NCBI GenBank assembly: GCA_053919585.1
Contig: CM132798.1
DNA length: 64,000 nt
Source: Euprymna scolopes
Lineage: Eukaryota
Reading direction: 5' to 3' (one strand)
Shown here: positions 51,531 to 64,000 of the stretch, one piece after another
Numbering within the stretch: position 1 is the stretch's first letter
Layout: each line of letters begins with the position of its first letter
Program-made: the position numbers and the translations under genes
Notes under the pieces: generated by a model
Seen by the model: the letters and a program-made list of their open reading frames with translations, nothing else
What the model was told of the DNA's origin: nothing
Database searches by the model: none

Positions 51531-51809
51531 TTATTTATCTCTGCAGCGCCGTCATCGTCTGAGCTAATGACAGCTAGATCTGAAAAGTTAAAATTTGAGC
51601 TATTAATGTTTAATTTTGCACATGCGCAAAAATACCAGCAGTAATGTTTTATTCGACTTGCCCTGCCAATGGCAACAGTGTTATCTTAATTTTTGACCTC
51701 AGCAGCAATTTAATTGCCATATTACTATCTTGCAACAAGTTGATGACATTTTACTCCCTATTTACTTTACAAAATAATTAGTGTGTATTATTTGAATCGT
51801 TCAAATAAT

Positions 51810-51970
51810 TATTTTCATCATTATTCTCACAATAATTCGGCCGCTGTAACCTCCGACATTCTTACGATTATCTTGTTGAACTCGGGAATCTTTCTGTCGA
51901 ACTCAGGGATCTGTAAGGAATTTAGAACGAAACCCTGTATTTAATTCACGGGGCTTACTTATTCCCAATA
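51810..51970 (-). mobile_element. Family B element fragment
   Basis: Reverse complement aligns to 180-315 (gtgaattaaatacagggtttcgtt..ttcccgagttc..tcggaggttacagcggccgaa). Confidence 0.6.
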
Positions 51971-52471
51971 ATATACAACGCTTTTTAGTTTATCTTATAT
52001 TCTTCTTCTTCGTCTTTTCATTTTTATCAGTAGTATTGTAAGTATTATTAGTGGTAGTAGCAGTAATTTTGTTGCTATTAATATGTTGTTACTTCCTTAC
52101 TTTAAAGAGCTTATCGGATAAATTGAATAAACATTTAATATTTTCTTAGGAAGATTTTTTATGGCTTTACTTGCTCTAATTCGTGGAACGTTAAACTCTC
52201 GCGAGCATTCAATACGTCCTCGCGGTTGGCGAGGTAGAAAATGAACAAATTTACCTGAAATGACAAACATTAAGTAAGTTACGTGAAGTAGTTACTGTTA
52301 TTTGGTATTGGCAGAAATTATTTTCAATTAATATCTGGATTGTTTGTATCAAAAAACAGAACTTCTAGTGAAAGCCGTTCAAATGAGATTAAAAAGAATG
52401 AACCACAGTTCACGTTTACTTATCAAACCATTTGTAATGTTTAGTTTCGATCCTTATATGATTTTAATTAA

Positions 52472-52511
<40 letters not shown>

Positions 52512-52536
52512 TTATGAAGGTATCCAAATAGCATTG

Positions 52537-53016
52537 TGTAACAAGGCAGTTGACGCGTGTAAGGTAGCGGCGGCATCTCACATATGCAAATGAGCAAGCT
52601 GATGCGCAATGTGAAGTCACAGTTAAGGAAGAGAAGGAAAAGAAAAGAGGATAAAAACAGGAACTACGTGAGCGACTACAGGAATTAGAAGCACGAGTCA
52701 TTGTGAAAGAAATTTTTTAAACAAGATTGAATCTAATCTTTTAACAAAAAAAAGTCGAACGGCCGTGTGTCATAGAGTGAGGTACAGATATAGAAGCGCA
52801 AAGAAAAATAGAAAGTATAATTACGTGGCAAGACAAAGAGGCAAAACACGTGTTGGCGAAAACACCTGCGTGGCAGCGAAATTATGATACTTACAAAACC
52901 AAGATGCAGGCGTAGTTTGGAAAGTATCGTTAATAAATGCCATTATTTCAACTAGCAAAAAAAAAACCGTAGTCGAATTTTTTTCTTTTCTTTGTTTCTT
53001 ATCGAGACTTCACACA
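52537..53016 (+). mobile_element. Solo LTR-like element
   Basis: TGTAACA start, CA end, ATGCAAAT, AATAAA and T-rich end; architecture like 20872 and 51116; no TSD found. Confidence 0.5.
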
Positions 53017-54321
53017 CAATACCGGGTCCGTTTTAATAGGAAACTCTATATACCACGTTATAATTATATAAGTTGTGTAAAGCTAATTTATGATAAGGGA
53101 AGGAGTAATAATTTCAGATTTTCTTTAAGAACGCGCAGAAAACGATTATATGCCTGGAAAAGTTAAACTTAATCGAATTTATGTTTTAATGAGATTAGCA
53201 CCTACTTCATGATGTGCTTCCAACAGACCCATTTTATATAATTATATATATTTAGTATTGCTAAGTCATATCTCTTATTCATGTAGTATGATATATTATT
53301 ATTCTTTATGTATTAATTTCTATATAGGTAATACACTAATATGTTATCATATGCGACCCGAGATTATACGTGTCGAGATCATAAACTAACCTATTTTTAA
53401 TATATGGTTATCTTAAACATGTGTCTGTATCTATGTCTAGATATTTATTCACACTCTTGGTTAAATATGTTATTATTTTCATACCTTAGTATACAAAAAT
53501 ATTGTTCTTTTGTACATCCTAGAAACTTCTTTAGGGATATATTTTAGAAACCTAATTGAAGTAGACTTAAAAGAACGTCTTGCCATGAATTTTAGTTTTC
53601 CAACATGGCTTCTCTGTAGCTATTGTTTAATTAAACCGTTCTCTGAATCATATTAGTGAATCCAACTTTGATATTAAGTCATGGCCTGTTCTATAAAAAC
53701 TAAGAAGAAAAAGCAAATGAAACTTCTATGCTGATCATTACGCTTTTCATACAAGCAAGAATAAATGTTACTGGAAGCAACTGTCGGACCAAGTAAAATT
53801 TCAAAAACTAAAACAATTGCCCGCCGTGATTTCTAAATATAACCGGAATGATCGCCTTTTTTTCTTTTTTTTTTTTGTTAGTTTTGTTTGTTTTTTGTTT
53901 GTTTGTGTTTTTACTTATAAGGTCATCTTTATCTTCTTTGAAATGCTTCAGTTATTTAAAACTTTTTTAATACTGTATTTGTATAAAGTTTTTTCAACAC
54001 ATCCCTGACCTGAAATTTCTCTTACGTATTCGTAATTTAATATAAGCTCTCACACTAAAATTATAATTTTCATGCTTCCAAAAAGGTCGCTTTTAATAAT
54101 AAGGCATAGCAGCTGTTTCGGCATGCCAATTGGTACGCATACTAGTAAATTCATGCATTAGAAGAGTTTTAGTAATTTTTTACTTTCAATAATATCAGAA
54201 AGAATATATAACGTACATCCCTTAAGCATTATATAATTTATGATACCTTTCCTCACCTATTGAGCGCTTTTAATAAAACATCGCTCTCTTTAAGTTCGTT
54301 ATCAATATAGGTAATGACAAT

Positions 54322-54380
<59 letters not shown>

Positions 54381-54459
54381 TTCTGTAGAAATATATTTTC
54401 TTATTATATATCAATCCTTATATAAGAAGCCCAATGTTATTACAGAGCAATATACAGAT

Positions 54460-54768
54460 TAAATGACAAAAATTTGTATTCCAAAATTCATAATGTAGAC
54501 AATCGTATAGTTTATTCCTTTAAATCAGCTGATTTATACAATTCTTGACAGTATCTGTTTCGAAGCGCAAATCAATCACTTAATTATTATATTAATTAGT
54601 GAATGAGTTAAGGGCATAATAGATTCACTAATTGATTTAATAATTAAGTGATTGATTTTGAGCTACGAAACAGATACTGTCAAGAATTGTATAAATCAAC
54701 TGATTTAAAAATAAACTATAAGATTATCAACATCCATCATGAATTTTAGAATATAAATTTTTGTCACT

Positions 54769-54770
<2 letters not shown>
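54460..54770. repeat. Long inverted repeat (~145-bp arms) between (TA)n tracts
   Basis: 54460-54604 vs 54623-54770; contains GAAAC agatact GTC. Confidence 0.9.
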
Positions 54771-54831
<61 letters not shown>

Positions 54832-54835
<4 letters not shown>

Positions 54836-55110
54836 CAGTCCGCCTGGCATTGCACGGTGTTAAAACACGCTTAAATATGATATTTTAATTCATGCGGATT
54901 TCGTATTTATAATTATACATCCATTTAACTATGTATTATAGATTGTACCTAATATATGTTAGTGATTTCCAAAGTTTAAAAAAACACAAGACTACTCGTG
55001 ACCCGTTGTGTCAGTATATGCTATAGCTAGCTATGAAATAGTGAGTATATTTATTATGGCAAAGATGTGCTGGTAGACACAACAATGACCACAACTTTTA
55101 ATATAAGAGA
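54832..55110 (-). mobile_element. Non-autonomous Helitron
   Basis: Minus 5' TCTCTTATA, 3' hairpin plus CTAA, adjacent to (TA)n; homologous to 11121. Confidence 0.65.
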
Positions 55111-55359
55111 TTATATTTTTAAATATCGGGAAAAAAACTTTTTTGCGTACAATTTTAATACAATATGCGTTTTAAGCATATCTGAAAACATGTAAAAGTC
55201 GTCATTTTAAAGGAAAATGTTAATGTGGAAATCAAGTAAAAATTTATGATTATTTTTATTTGTCACGCAAACTAATTTTTTAAAAAATTATTTGCGGTTT
55301 TATTTATTTACTAAACTACCGTGACTTATTATAGTTAAATTCAAATTTTGATATATCTG

Positions 55360-55730
55360 CTTTTTTTACATCGTTCATTTCTGTATTATGTTTAAGTTAT
55401 TTTAAACCCCACCCTTCCCATGTTAAATAATAATTTTTAAAAATCACGTTAATATTTCAGCGTCCCAATTGTTCTTTTGTTTTTTGTTTTATTTTAAACC
55501 CCACTCTTCCCATATTAAATAATAATTTCGAAATAATAACGTTAATATTTCAGCGTTCGAATTGTTCTTTTGTTGTTTTTTTTCGCGTTTAAATTATCCA
55601 AATAAACAATTGTTAATACTGTTAGCTTTTTTTACATCGTTCATTTCTGTATTACGTTTAAGTTATTTTAAACCCTCACTCTGCCACTGTTAAATAATAA
55701 TTTCGAAATAATAACGTTAATATTTCAGTG
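55360..55730. repeat. Complex tandem triplication
   Basis: ATTTTAAACCC..TTAAATAATAATTT..ACGTTAATATTTCAG three times, with flanking blocks twice. Confidence 0.9.
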
Positions 55731-56407
55731 CGCAAGTCAGAATCTGCAAAAGAAGCGATTGGTGTTCATTTGTTTACGTTGTTATGGATTAATGTTTATC
55801 CGCGAATGCGCAACCGGGTGCCGTAAACCGGAAAGTGGGTTACATACATCGTTACAATGTCATTCGAGTTTTATAATTATTTATATTGTTAAGAGTGTAG
55901 AAGAATAAAATGTATAAATCTATTTAAAAATAAATAAAATAAGAAACAAGACGGTCCCTTAAATTGCCGATTAAAAAAATAAAGCTTTTATGACTTATGT
56001 TTTTTATTTGTTTATGCATGCGCAGAATTTTTAAAACTGGAAGTCAAAAACTGGAATTGTAAAGCGGATTGACAGTTTCAATGCCTGGGCAAGACGATTT
56101 GAGTTTTAAAATGTAATAGATGACTTCAGTGCCCTCAATTAGAATTGAAACCAATTAATTTAGCTCGTCAGTTGTAACCACTACTATAAGACTTAAAGAC
56201 CGATGGATATTTAAAGAAATTAGCACAGTGTAACGTATAAATAAATTATTTAACCATGGGTAGAGAAACACTTAAAGTCGACTTATACATGCCAAATTCA
56301 ATTTTTTCAATTTTGATCACTTACCTGCTATGCTAAAAGCATATCGAATTTGCCCTCTTCCCTTATATATCAAGTAAAAGTCTGCGGACCAAAGTTTATT
56401 CACAGAG

Positions 56408-57414
56408 TTTTTTTTTTGTTTTTTTTTTACAAGGTGGTCACCACTTATCAAGGCCCGAAAGCCACTCAGGGATAAGGGTAATTGTAAGCACAGTACGTTA
56501 GTGTGGAGATTTAATAAAGTGTCTACTTAAGGGGGCGGTTCATCAGGAATTTGTTTACGTTGGACTTGAAGACATCCAGGTTGTAGTCAGGTGGGAATCA
56601 GGCAGAAGGAACAGAGTGCCACAGGCGTGTAGTTCTAAGAAAGAAACTTTGTTCATGGAATCTACGTTTTGATTTAGGCATAGATAAAGAGTGGGGAAAG
56701 TTTTTGGCAGTGGATTCAGCTAGACGGGTGTTTTTCGTAAAAGATTAGCGAGGGGGGCCAGAGATTGGAGTTCAGACGAGGACCTGCCATGGAAATAACG
56801 ATAAAACAAAGATAGGCTTGCAACGTCTCTTCTGTAGGAGAGAGGTTACAGGGAAGAGAAACGGGCATCTCCCACTAAGCCACGAATTCTATTTTGTACT
56901 CTATCAAGGCAGGATATGCTGTTTCTAGCAGCTCCTGCCCAGATATGGCAGCAGTATTCCATCTTTGGACGTACTTGGCTTTTATATAGATAGAGAATTG
57001 CATCAGTAGCGAGATATCTTCTGGAGCAGTAGAAGGATCCCACCATCTTTCCTGCGACCATGGCAACAGACTTGATGTACGTGGTTCATTTCAAATCAGG
57101 AGTGAAGGTCAAGCCTAGAAGCTTGTCAAAACATGGGGCTTCTCCTAGACGAGAGCCATCCATTTCAATTGATGCCAGGTGCGGATCAGAGCGTTGATGA
57201 TGTAAAGATAGGAGTTTGGCTTTAGATGCATTAAAGCTAACCAGCCACGTTTTCCCCACTGAACCACGCGCTCGAGATCAGAGGAGAGAGAATCAGAGAG
57301 AGCTTTGTCATTTACAGCTTTGATTTGTTGCCGTAGATGGTCGTGTCATCAGCATAGATGTTGCGGAATGATTTAAGTATGTGTTTAGGGAGATCATTGA
57401 TGTAGATCAGGAAG
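56408..57414 (-). mobile_element. CR1-like LINE 3' portion (family 2)
   Basis: YINDLP, YADDT, VRPKMEYCCHIWAGA; colinear with 48515-49465; complete 3' UTR and A tail. Confidence 0.92.
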
Positions 57415-57449
57415 TAATTTAGTAGAGACCGTTCCGCACATACACTACT

Positions 57450-57524
<75 letters not shown>

Positions 57525-57817
57525 AGAAAGAGAGATGCTTTTGGTTGGAGAATTACAACTATTTTTCTTACTTTAATTTAGAAAATAACTAAATCAAGAA
57601 ATGTTTAATATATATTTAGGTAAATGTTTACTTTAACTAAAACAGAACACCGACTAATAAAATTTGGTTCTTTCTAGGTTTTCGTGGTCGCTGACAACGA
57701 ATCTGATATTCAAACCCGTCGCAAATTTACTGCTAGCATGGTATTAATCCTTGGAACTTTGCACTATTTTGCGCCATATCACCGTATTCGTTAACGCTAC
57801 ACGTGAGTGGTTCTTAA

Positions 57818-57872
<55 letters not shown>

Positions 57873-58229
57873 ATGCGCGTAGTTACGTGGTCTTTCACAA
57901 GGCGCACCGATACATGGCGGATATTTTAAATGACAGGAAATATTTTTCATAAAATAAAAAAATAGTTTTAATCTCATTTAAATACTTTAAATACTATTTA
58001 AAAAATAGTTTTCACCTCATTTATAGTAAAAATAATGTCAGTAAATTTTCACAAAACAAATTTTTTATTTTTCGTTTTTTGAGGGAGTATTTAATTATAG
58101 AATTTGTATGGATTTTAACAGGTGCTTCTGCAGTTTAATTTATCGTTTTTTTTTTTTCGTAAGTAACGCGCCGACATACACCGATCAGAAGAACTGTTTA
58201 ATTGTTCGCAAAAATTCTGTTGACATTGG

Positions 58230-58316
58230 GGGGGGGCGATAAATTCGAACCCGGCGACGGAAGCCATCTTTGGCTTTATTAGCAAAGACCCAATCCATTC
58301 GGCTACAGTAAACCGC
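58230..58316 (-). mobile_element. tRNA-derived head related to family C
   Basis: GCGGTTtactgTAGCCGAATGGAT..TTTGCTAAT..AGCCA.AGATG..GGGTTCGAAT matches 17850-17924. Confidence 0.6.
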
Positions 58317-59931
58317 GAGAAATGCTGTTGGATTTTAAACATTTGTCTCGGCAGGTAAAAAAATAATTGTTTACATTTATTTTATTTAAAGAATATCATA
58401 AGACGAGCATAAGTTCTACAAAATCAGTAGTTTATTATAAATAACAAGATTTTGTAGGCCGCGTCATCATGTTATTTCAAAACAATAAAATATAATTTGA
58501 ATTTTAGGGTAATACTTTAATATAAATTTGTAAACATTTCTTTGTCTATTTCTGCTTTTAGATTACAAAATGTCTACATTTAAAAATATATAAAACGAAT
58601 CTTTTTCTAAAAAAAATACTTGCATATCATAATAATACATAAGATTATCTATTTCAAACATTTAATTACGTTGTTTTTTTACTATATGGTAAAAGCAACT
58701 ATATATAAATGTTAAAATTTGAATTTCGTCGGAGCTATTATGACCGTCGCCACTCTCGTGTTTAAGCTAAAAATGAAATATTTCATCATAAATGTATTGT
58801 TTATAATACATATAAGATCTTAATAAACAATCAGATTTTCTTAATAACTTTAGCAAAATTATATAAACTCGAATTATAGACAATGTTGCTCATTGCAGTT
58901 TCAGCGTCCCAAATGATATTCATTATAACTCAAGTCACTGCTTAAAGCGTTTACAAATCATTTATTTAATTTTAAACATGTATTATTATAAAATATAGTG
59001 GATGAAACAGAAATAAATAAATTATGCTCTTCGTTATTCGAAAACAATATTACCTTAAAAGGTAAGTCATAGTTTTATAAAAATTAAGTTGTCAACTTAT
59101 AAAAATGTTCGTTTATTTACTTCTTAAAACTCTTAAATTAGAAAAGTAATATGAGCGGAATACTATCTATTTCACGTGCCAGGTGCGGGAATCAAAGAAA
59201 GAAAGGGTTTGTAAATGAATTCTTTTTATAGGTTGCATTAATTTGCATATGATGTGAATCATTGATTTATAGGTTTGCATTAATTTGCATATGATGTGAA
59301 TCACTGATTTAAAAGGAAAGATTAGAGAGGACAGTGTTTATAAGCTGAGAGAAAAGATCAAAGCTGAGATTTGTTGTTGTGAATTACAGTTTAAAAGAAG
59401 TTAGGGTATTTTAGTTTTACTTTCCAGATAACATAAATTTGTTTGCGGGAATTATGGCGTTGGAAAAGAGTTCTGTCAGTTGTATTTTGGGGATTACAGT
59501 AAAATATTGAGACAGAAGTATGAGAAAAATCCGCTTGAGTTAAACAATATACTCGTGCAACATACGGTGCTGCTATCTTTAATAAATTAAACGTAAATAA
59601 ACCAATATAATGTGTTTTAGCTGAACAGAAAATATAGTATTTTATGTACCAACAGTTCGTAGAAATTAACTGACTTATAAAATGAATTTTCCCTATAACT
59701 TCTTTAATTATATGGATTGAAAGGATACTGGACGAAACATTTTGTATGTATGACACATTGTCACCATTGGTTCTATTACTACCATGTCTTCCAAAATAGT
59801 AATATGATGATAAACTACTAATATTTCTCTATCTAATATGGACCCAATATTAATAATAAATCAATTGAGGAGATAATAAGATATTTTATATAATACAGTT
59901 GATTTATAATCGGTTGTATATTGCCACCGTA

Positions 59932-59978
<47 letters not shown>

Positions 59979-60016
59979 TTATTATTCATTATAAAAATAA
60001 TTATATTTCTCTCTGT

Positions 60017-60083
<67 letters not shown>

Positions 60084-60086
60084 AAA

Positions 60087-60349
60087 TTATAAAATATATA
60101 TGGCGATTAAGCTACACTGAATATTCGGCGTTTCATCCATTCTAGGATTCCTCAGGCTTATGCGGATAAGCCTGGGGAATCCTAGAGTGGATGAAACGCC
60201 GAATATTCAGTGTAGTTTAATCGCCATATATATTTTATAAATTACTAACTAGCTTAACCTACGTATTGAGCACTTTTGAAGTAAGTACTTAAAGTTTACA
60301 CATAAATCTATACTTTCGTATATTAATTTTATGTGAGTAAATGAAGTAG

Positions 60350-60350
<1 letters not shown>
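60087..60350. mobile_element. Family D element with 75-bp-arm palindrome carrying a hammerhead on each strand
   Basis: Arms 60087-60161/60166-60240, 3 mismatches, loop GCGG; tail matches 12640-12769; flanked by (TA)n. Confidence 0.9.
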
Positions 60351-60431
<81 letters not shown>

Positions 60432-60723
60432 TGAGTCGTAGAAATTCCAGGTTGTAATCTGGGGGCGCATTAATTCACTGGGAGAGATGCACCTCCAGTT
60501 TTCGTTAAGACATATATCTAGGAGAATCTAACTCCGATATAAAAACCTGCGGTCTACTGTATACTCTGTCCTGTGGCAGTAATCCGCACCGACAAAGTGA
60601 GCAGTAATACCAAAATGTGTTGCTGGTTCTACGCAAAGGCAAAGTCTTCACTACTATATACAAATTATCTGTGTGAATTTCTGAGCAACTTAGTTGTTAT
60701 GGAAGAAGCTTATGTTGAACTCG

Positions 60724-60768
<45 letters not shown>

Positions 60769-61077
60769 AGTGCAAATCATTTTATGCCCATTTTCAGAAA
60801 ATAGATAACATTAAAAATTAATTACAGGTAGCTCTGCGCTTTATTTATAAAATTCATGCGGTATGTTGAGAACTTTTAGGAAACTTAATTGAATATTCTG
60901 TGAAATAAATAGTTTTTCTTCCTTTCTTATTTGTAAGTAAAGATTTGTGAAGATTTTATCTCAGTTGTCAATTAAATACAAAATGCGAATACACAATAGT
61001 GTAGCTAATATAACTTTGAAATACGTACAAGTATTAAGTGTCATTTCTTTAAAAAATTTTGTTCTTATATTGTCACT

Positions 61078-61123
<46 letters not shown>

Positions 61124-61834
61124 CATGTGTGTGTAAGTGAGCTCGTGTAAGAGAGAGTGTGTGTGTACTTTAAATTAATGTGTTCTCTTATATAGATCGA
61201 TATGTTAACAGATAAAAGATTCAAATACGTTTTAATAAGACTGAAATTCTTCATGGTTTGAGTACAGCATTGAAAAGTTTCTTCTATTCCATTTGCTAGG
61301 GTCAATATCGGTTAGGTTTATTAAGCAGAAATAATTTATTTTATAATATCAGAAATAATAAATAGTAAAAGTATATTAGAGAGACGAAATTCGTTTTTAT
61401 AAAACATATTTTATCCGTTTAATGAAATAAAAATTAATTTAACTTATTGTAAATTAAGTAAATAATAATGAAACCTCTTAAGCTACTTCTTTTGTGGTGT
61501 CAACAAGTAGATTTTAATGTTTCAGCGTTCCAAATTCTACTTTTCAAAGAAGAATATTTGTTACATACTACTAGATTCATACTAATGATCATAACTTTGT
61601 TAAAGAGTCTTTACTTTGTTAATCATGCTGTATATAAACCTTTTTCAACTTAGAAAATTCCTTACAACGTTGACTATCTACATGTTTTAAACCTTGCTAT
61701 ATATTTTTTCAAGCAACTATATATTTCTATATCAAAAATGTTTATTAGAAATATGCTTGACATTTTCAGCTCTAGCAATGTTGATTATAAAGATACTTTA
61801 GTTTGTTGTCTCTCTTTTTCCCTTCGTGGAATTA

Positions 61835-64000
61835 TGTCGCTGTGATTAACATAGAGAGGATCTACCTCAGAACTCTCGACAGTAGACTGAAAGACAGAAA
61901 AAGGAAAAAAAAGAGACCCAAGATGGCGGCTGTTGCCTTTTAAAGCCTCAGGTCACGCGTAGATCTCTAGCAGTCTCGTGTGGCATATGCAAATTGGTGT
62001 GCCCGAAACATTATAAAAGGCGAGCGGGAGGAGTGGGAGAAGCGTTTAAGACATGCAATAGAGAACGTCGACGTGTATCTCGTGTTGTGAACAACGAACT
62101 TTAATCGACTCAACTTGTGACTAGCGAACCTCTGCTTGACGTTTTAGCCAAAAGGTTTTGTTGCTTTGCGTTAGACAAAGACTTCTGATACAAGCTATTT
62201 CAGCTGTATTCTAATCATGGCTCTAAGACAGTTCGACCTCCGACTCATCCCTGAGTTCAGTGGCGCAGCAACGGACGTTCCAATAGTACAATGGCTAGGG
62301 GATGTAGAATTAACGTGTGAGCTGTGCGAGGTAACTAAGATGGAGCGAGTACTGCCGCTGCGGCTGAAGGGTGCGGCTCGTGAGACGTATCGGCAACTCT
62401 CGGAGGAACAGCGGAGTGACCTCGAGGAAATCAAGCGTGCCCTTGTAAAGGCTTACGGGACGGATTCGTTTATGGCATTGGAAGGGGAGACCGTGGATGA
62501 GTTTTTGACGGATTTGCAGCTGTTAGCACGCCTGGTGGGTGAAATGCCACCAGAGTGTTGGATAAACGGAACCTTCGTGAATGGATTGCCATGCTATGCA
62601 AAGGGACTTTTGCAAGCCTCAACCCGAATGAACAAGCTGTCATTGAAAGAGCTGCTTGAGAGGGCTCGTGGCGTGCTGATGGATACACGAGATGAGAAGG
62701 TCGTCGTCGTGGTGTAACCTCGAGAGGCCGCATGTGCACCTACACCACTGCCTACAGCTAGCGAGAACACCAGAAGTTTTAACTGCTTCAGATGCAGGAG
62801 TCCAAACCATTGGGCCCGTGATTGCCTTTCGTCGCGATCAGTGACCCAGAAGCCTAGCGGACCACAGTGTCACAAATACAAAAACCGGGGACACCTGCCT
62901 CGCGCATATCTGAGAAACGGGCTGGGGAGGAAGCTACAGAGCCAGTCTTCTCCCCAGATCGTCATTAAACAAGTCGCTACCTGCGGTGAGCGTACGCTTT
63001 AACGGGTGTGAGTGCCACGCGCTTGTGGACACGAATTGCGCCCAGACACTTGTGCGCAAAGAACGTTGCGACACTTAGAAAACGACAAGAACTCCGGTGC
63101 TGACTGTAGGCGGGAGCTCGTTGTCCTCTTGCGGAGAAGGTGTCATCCACATAAGCATCGGTAACGGGCCTGATTATGGACAGGGGGCTACTTGGGTACG
63201 ATTTACTCTTAGGAATGGACGCAATTGTGCAGCTGGGCGGAGTCGTAGTAGATGGAGCCGGGAACGTGACGCTCTCCTAACGCGAAGAGTGCGTTTGCGC
63301 GGCACTCACCCTAGATAAGCCTGCTTTTCGTGCGGAGTTCGACCAGTGCACGAAGTCCTGGACTGTGGCTTGGAAGTGGTCGGACGAACAACCGCCAGAG
63401 AATTTGTTCAATAGAATGCCAGAGTACAAGAGTTCTCCTGGAAGAGTATGATGGCTGGTTCCTTATCCTGAGAAAGGATTGGGACCTCCACAGTGTTTAA
63501 TCCCAATAATAGCAGTCGTCCAGCCAAACAAACAAAAAGTGAGGCCGGTGCTTGATTATAAGGAGTTAAACAAATACGTGGGCCCCTTTACGGCCCGCAC
63601 AGACGTGTGCGCTAATAAATTACGGGAATGGCGGCAATCAGGGTCTAATGTGTGCGTGCTTGATCTTCGAAAGGAGTCCCTTCAAGTGCATGTACACTAT
63701 GGCCTTATCAGACAGTTCTAGTTAAGGGAAAGAGATACTGCTTAACCCGTATGGAGTTCTTACTCAACGTGGCGCCATTAATTATGCAAACGATTGTTGA
63801 CACCATTCTGGCTCAGGATGAGCGCATGAGGCAGGCAACATCTGCATATATTGATGACGTGTACGTGAATGAAGGGGTTGTATCCGCGACACGTGTAGAG
63901 GAGCATCTCCGCAACTTTGGACTTCTCAGTAAGGAGCCGGAGAGACTACAGGATGGCGCACGGGTGCTCGGTTTACAGTTCCGGGGAGAAGACGGCGTCC
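61835..64000 (+). mobile_element. Ty3/gypsy-like LTR retrotransposon, degenerate, truncated by window edge
   Basis: Putative 5' LTR from TG at 61835 with TATAAAA; gag 62217-62717; CCHC knuckle CFRCRSPNHWARDC ~62784; protease ALVDTN ~63020; RT KVRPVLDYKELN, LDLRK, YIDD ~63847. Confidence 0.88.

Noticed and set aside
58130-58200. Hammerhead downstream of the second family C head
   Set aside because: CTGATCG core variant and no helix III or cleavage triplet

Overview
AT-rich, microsatellite-laden eukaryotic (invertebrate-type) genomic DNA with three N gaps. I found no host gene, rRNA, intact tRNA or CRISPR array. Recognisable content is almost entirely decayed transposable elements: Tc1, maT/DD37D and mariner transposons plus MITEs; Helitrons and Helentron-type (HINE/DINE-1-like) elements; four CR1-like LINE copies; a stack of R4/Dong-like REL-endonuclease retrotransposons; solo LTRs; a Ty3/gypsy element running off the right edge; and two Penelope-like elements (one Naiad-type, one Penelope/Poseidon-type). 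The most notable signal is non-coding. About a dozen intact or decayed type I hammerhead ribozyme (HHR) motifs with self-complementary (dimer-type) helix III occur in the window. Some sit in Penelope pseudo-LTRs, as expected. At least three short element families instead join a tRNA-derived Pol III head (A/B boxes) to a 3' hammerhead, and one family carries Penelope-style inverted copies of its tail at the 5' end. These are candidate 'ribozyme SINEs' mobilised by Penelope-like elements (inference). All calls come from reading the sequence by eye; no search or folding program was run.
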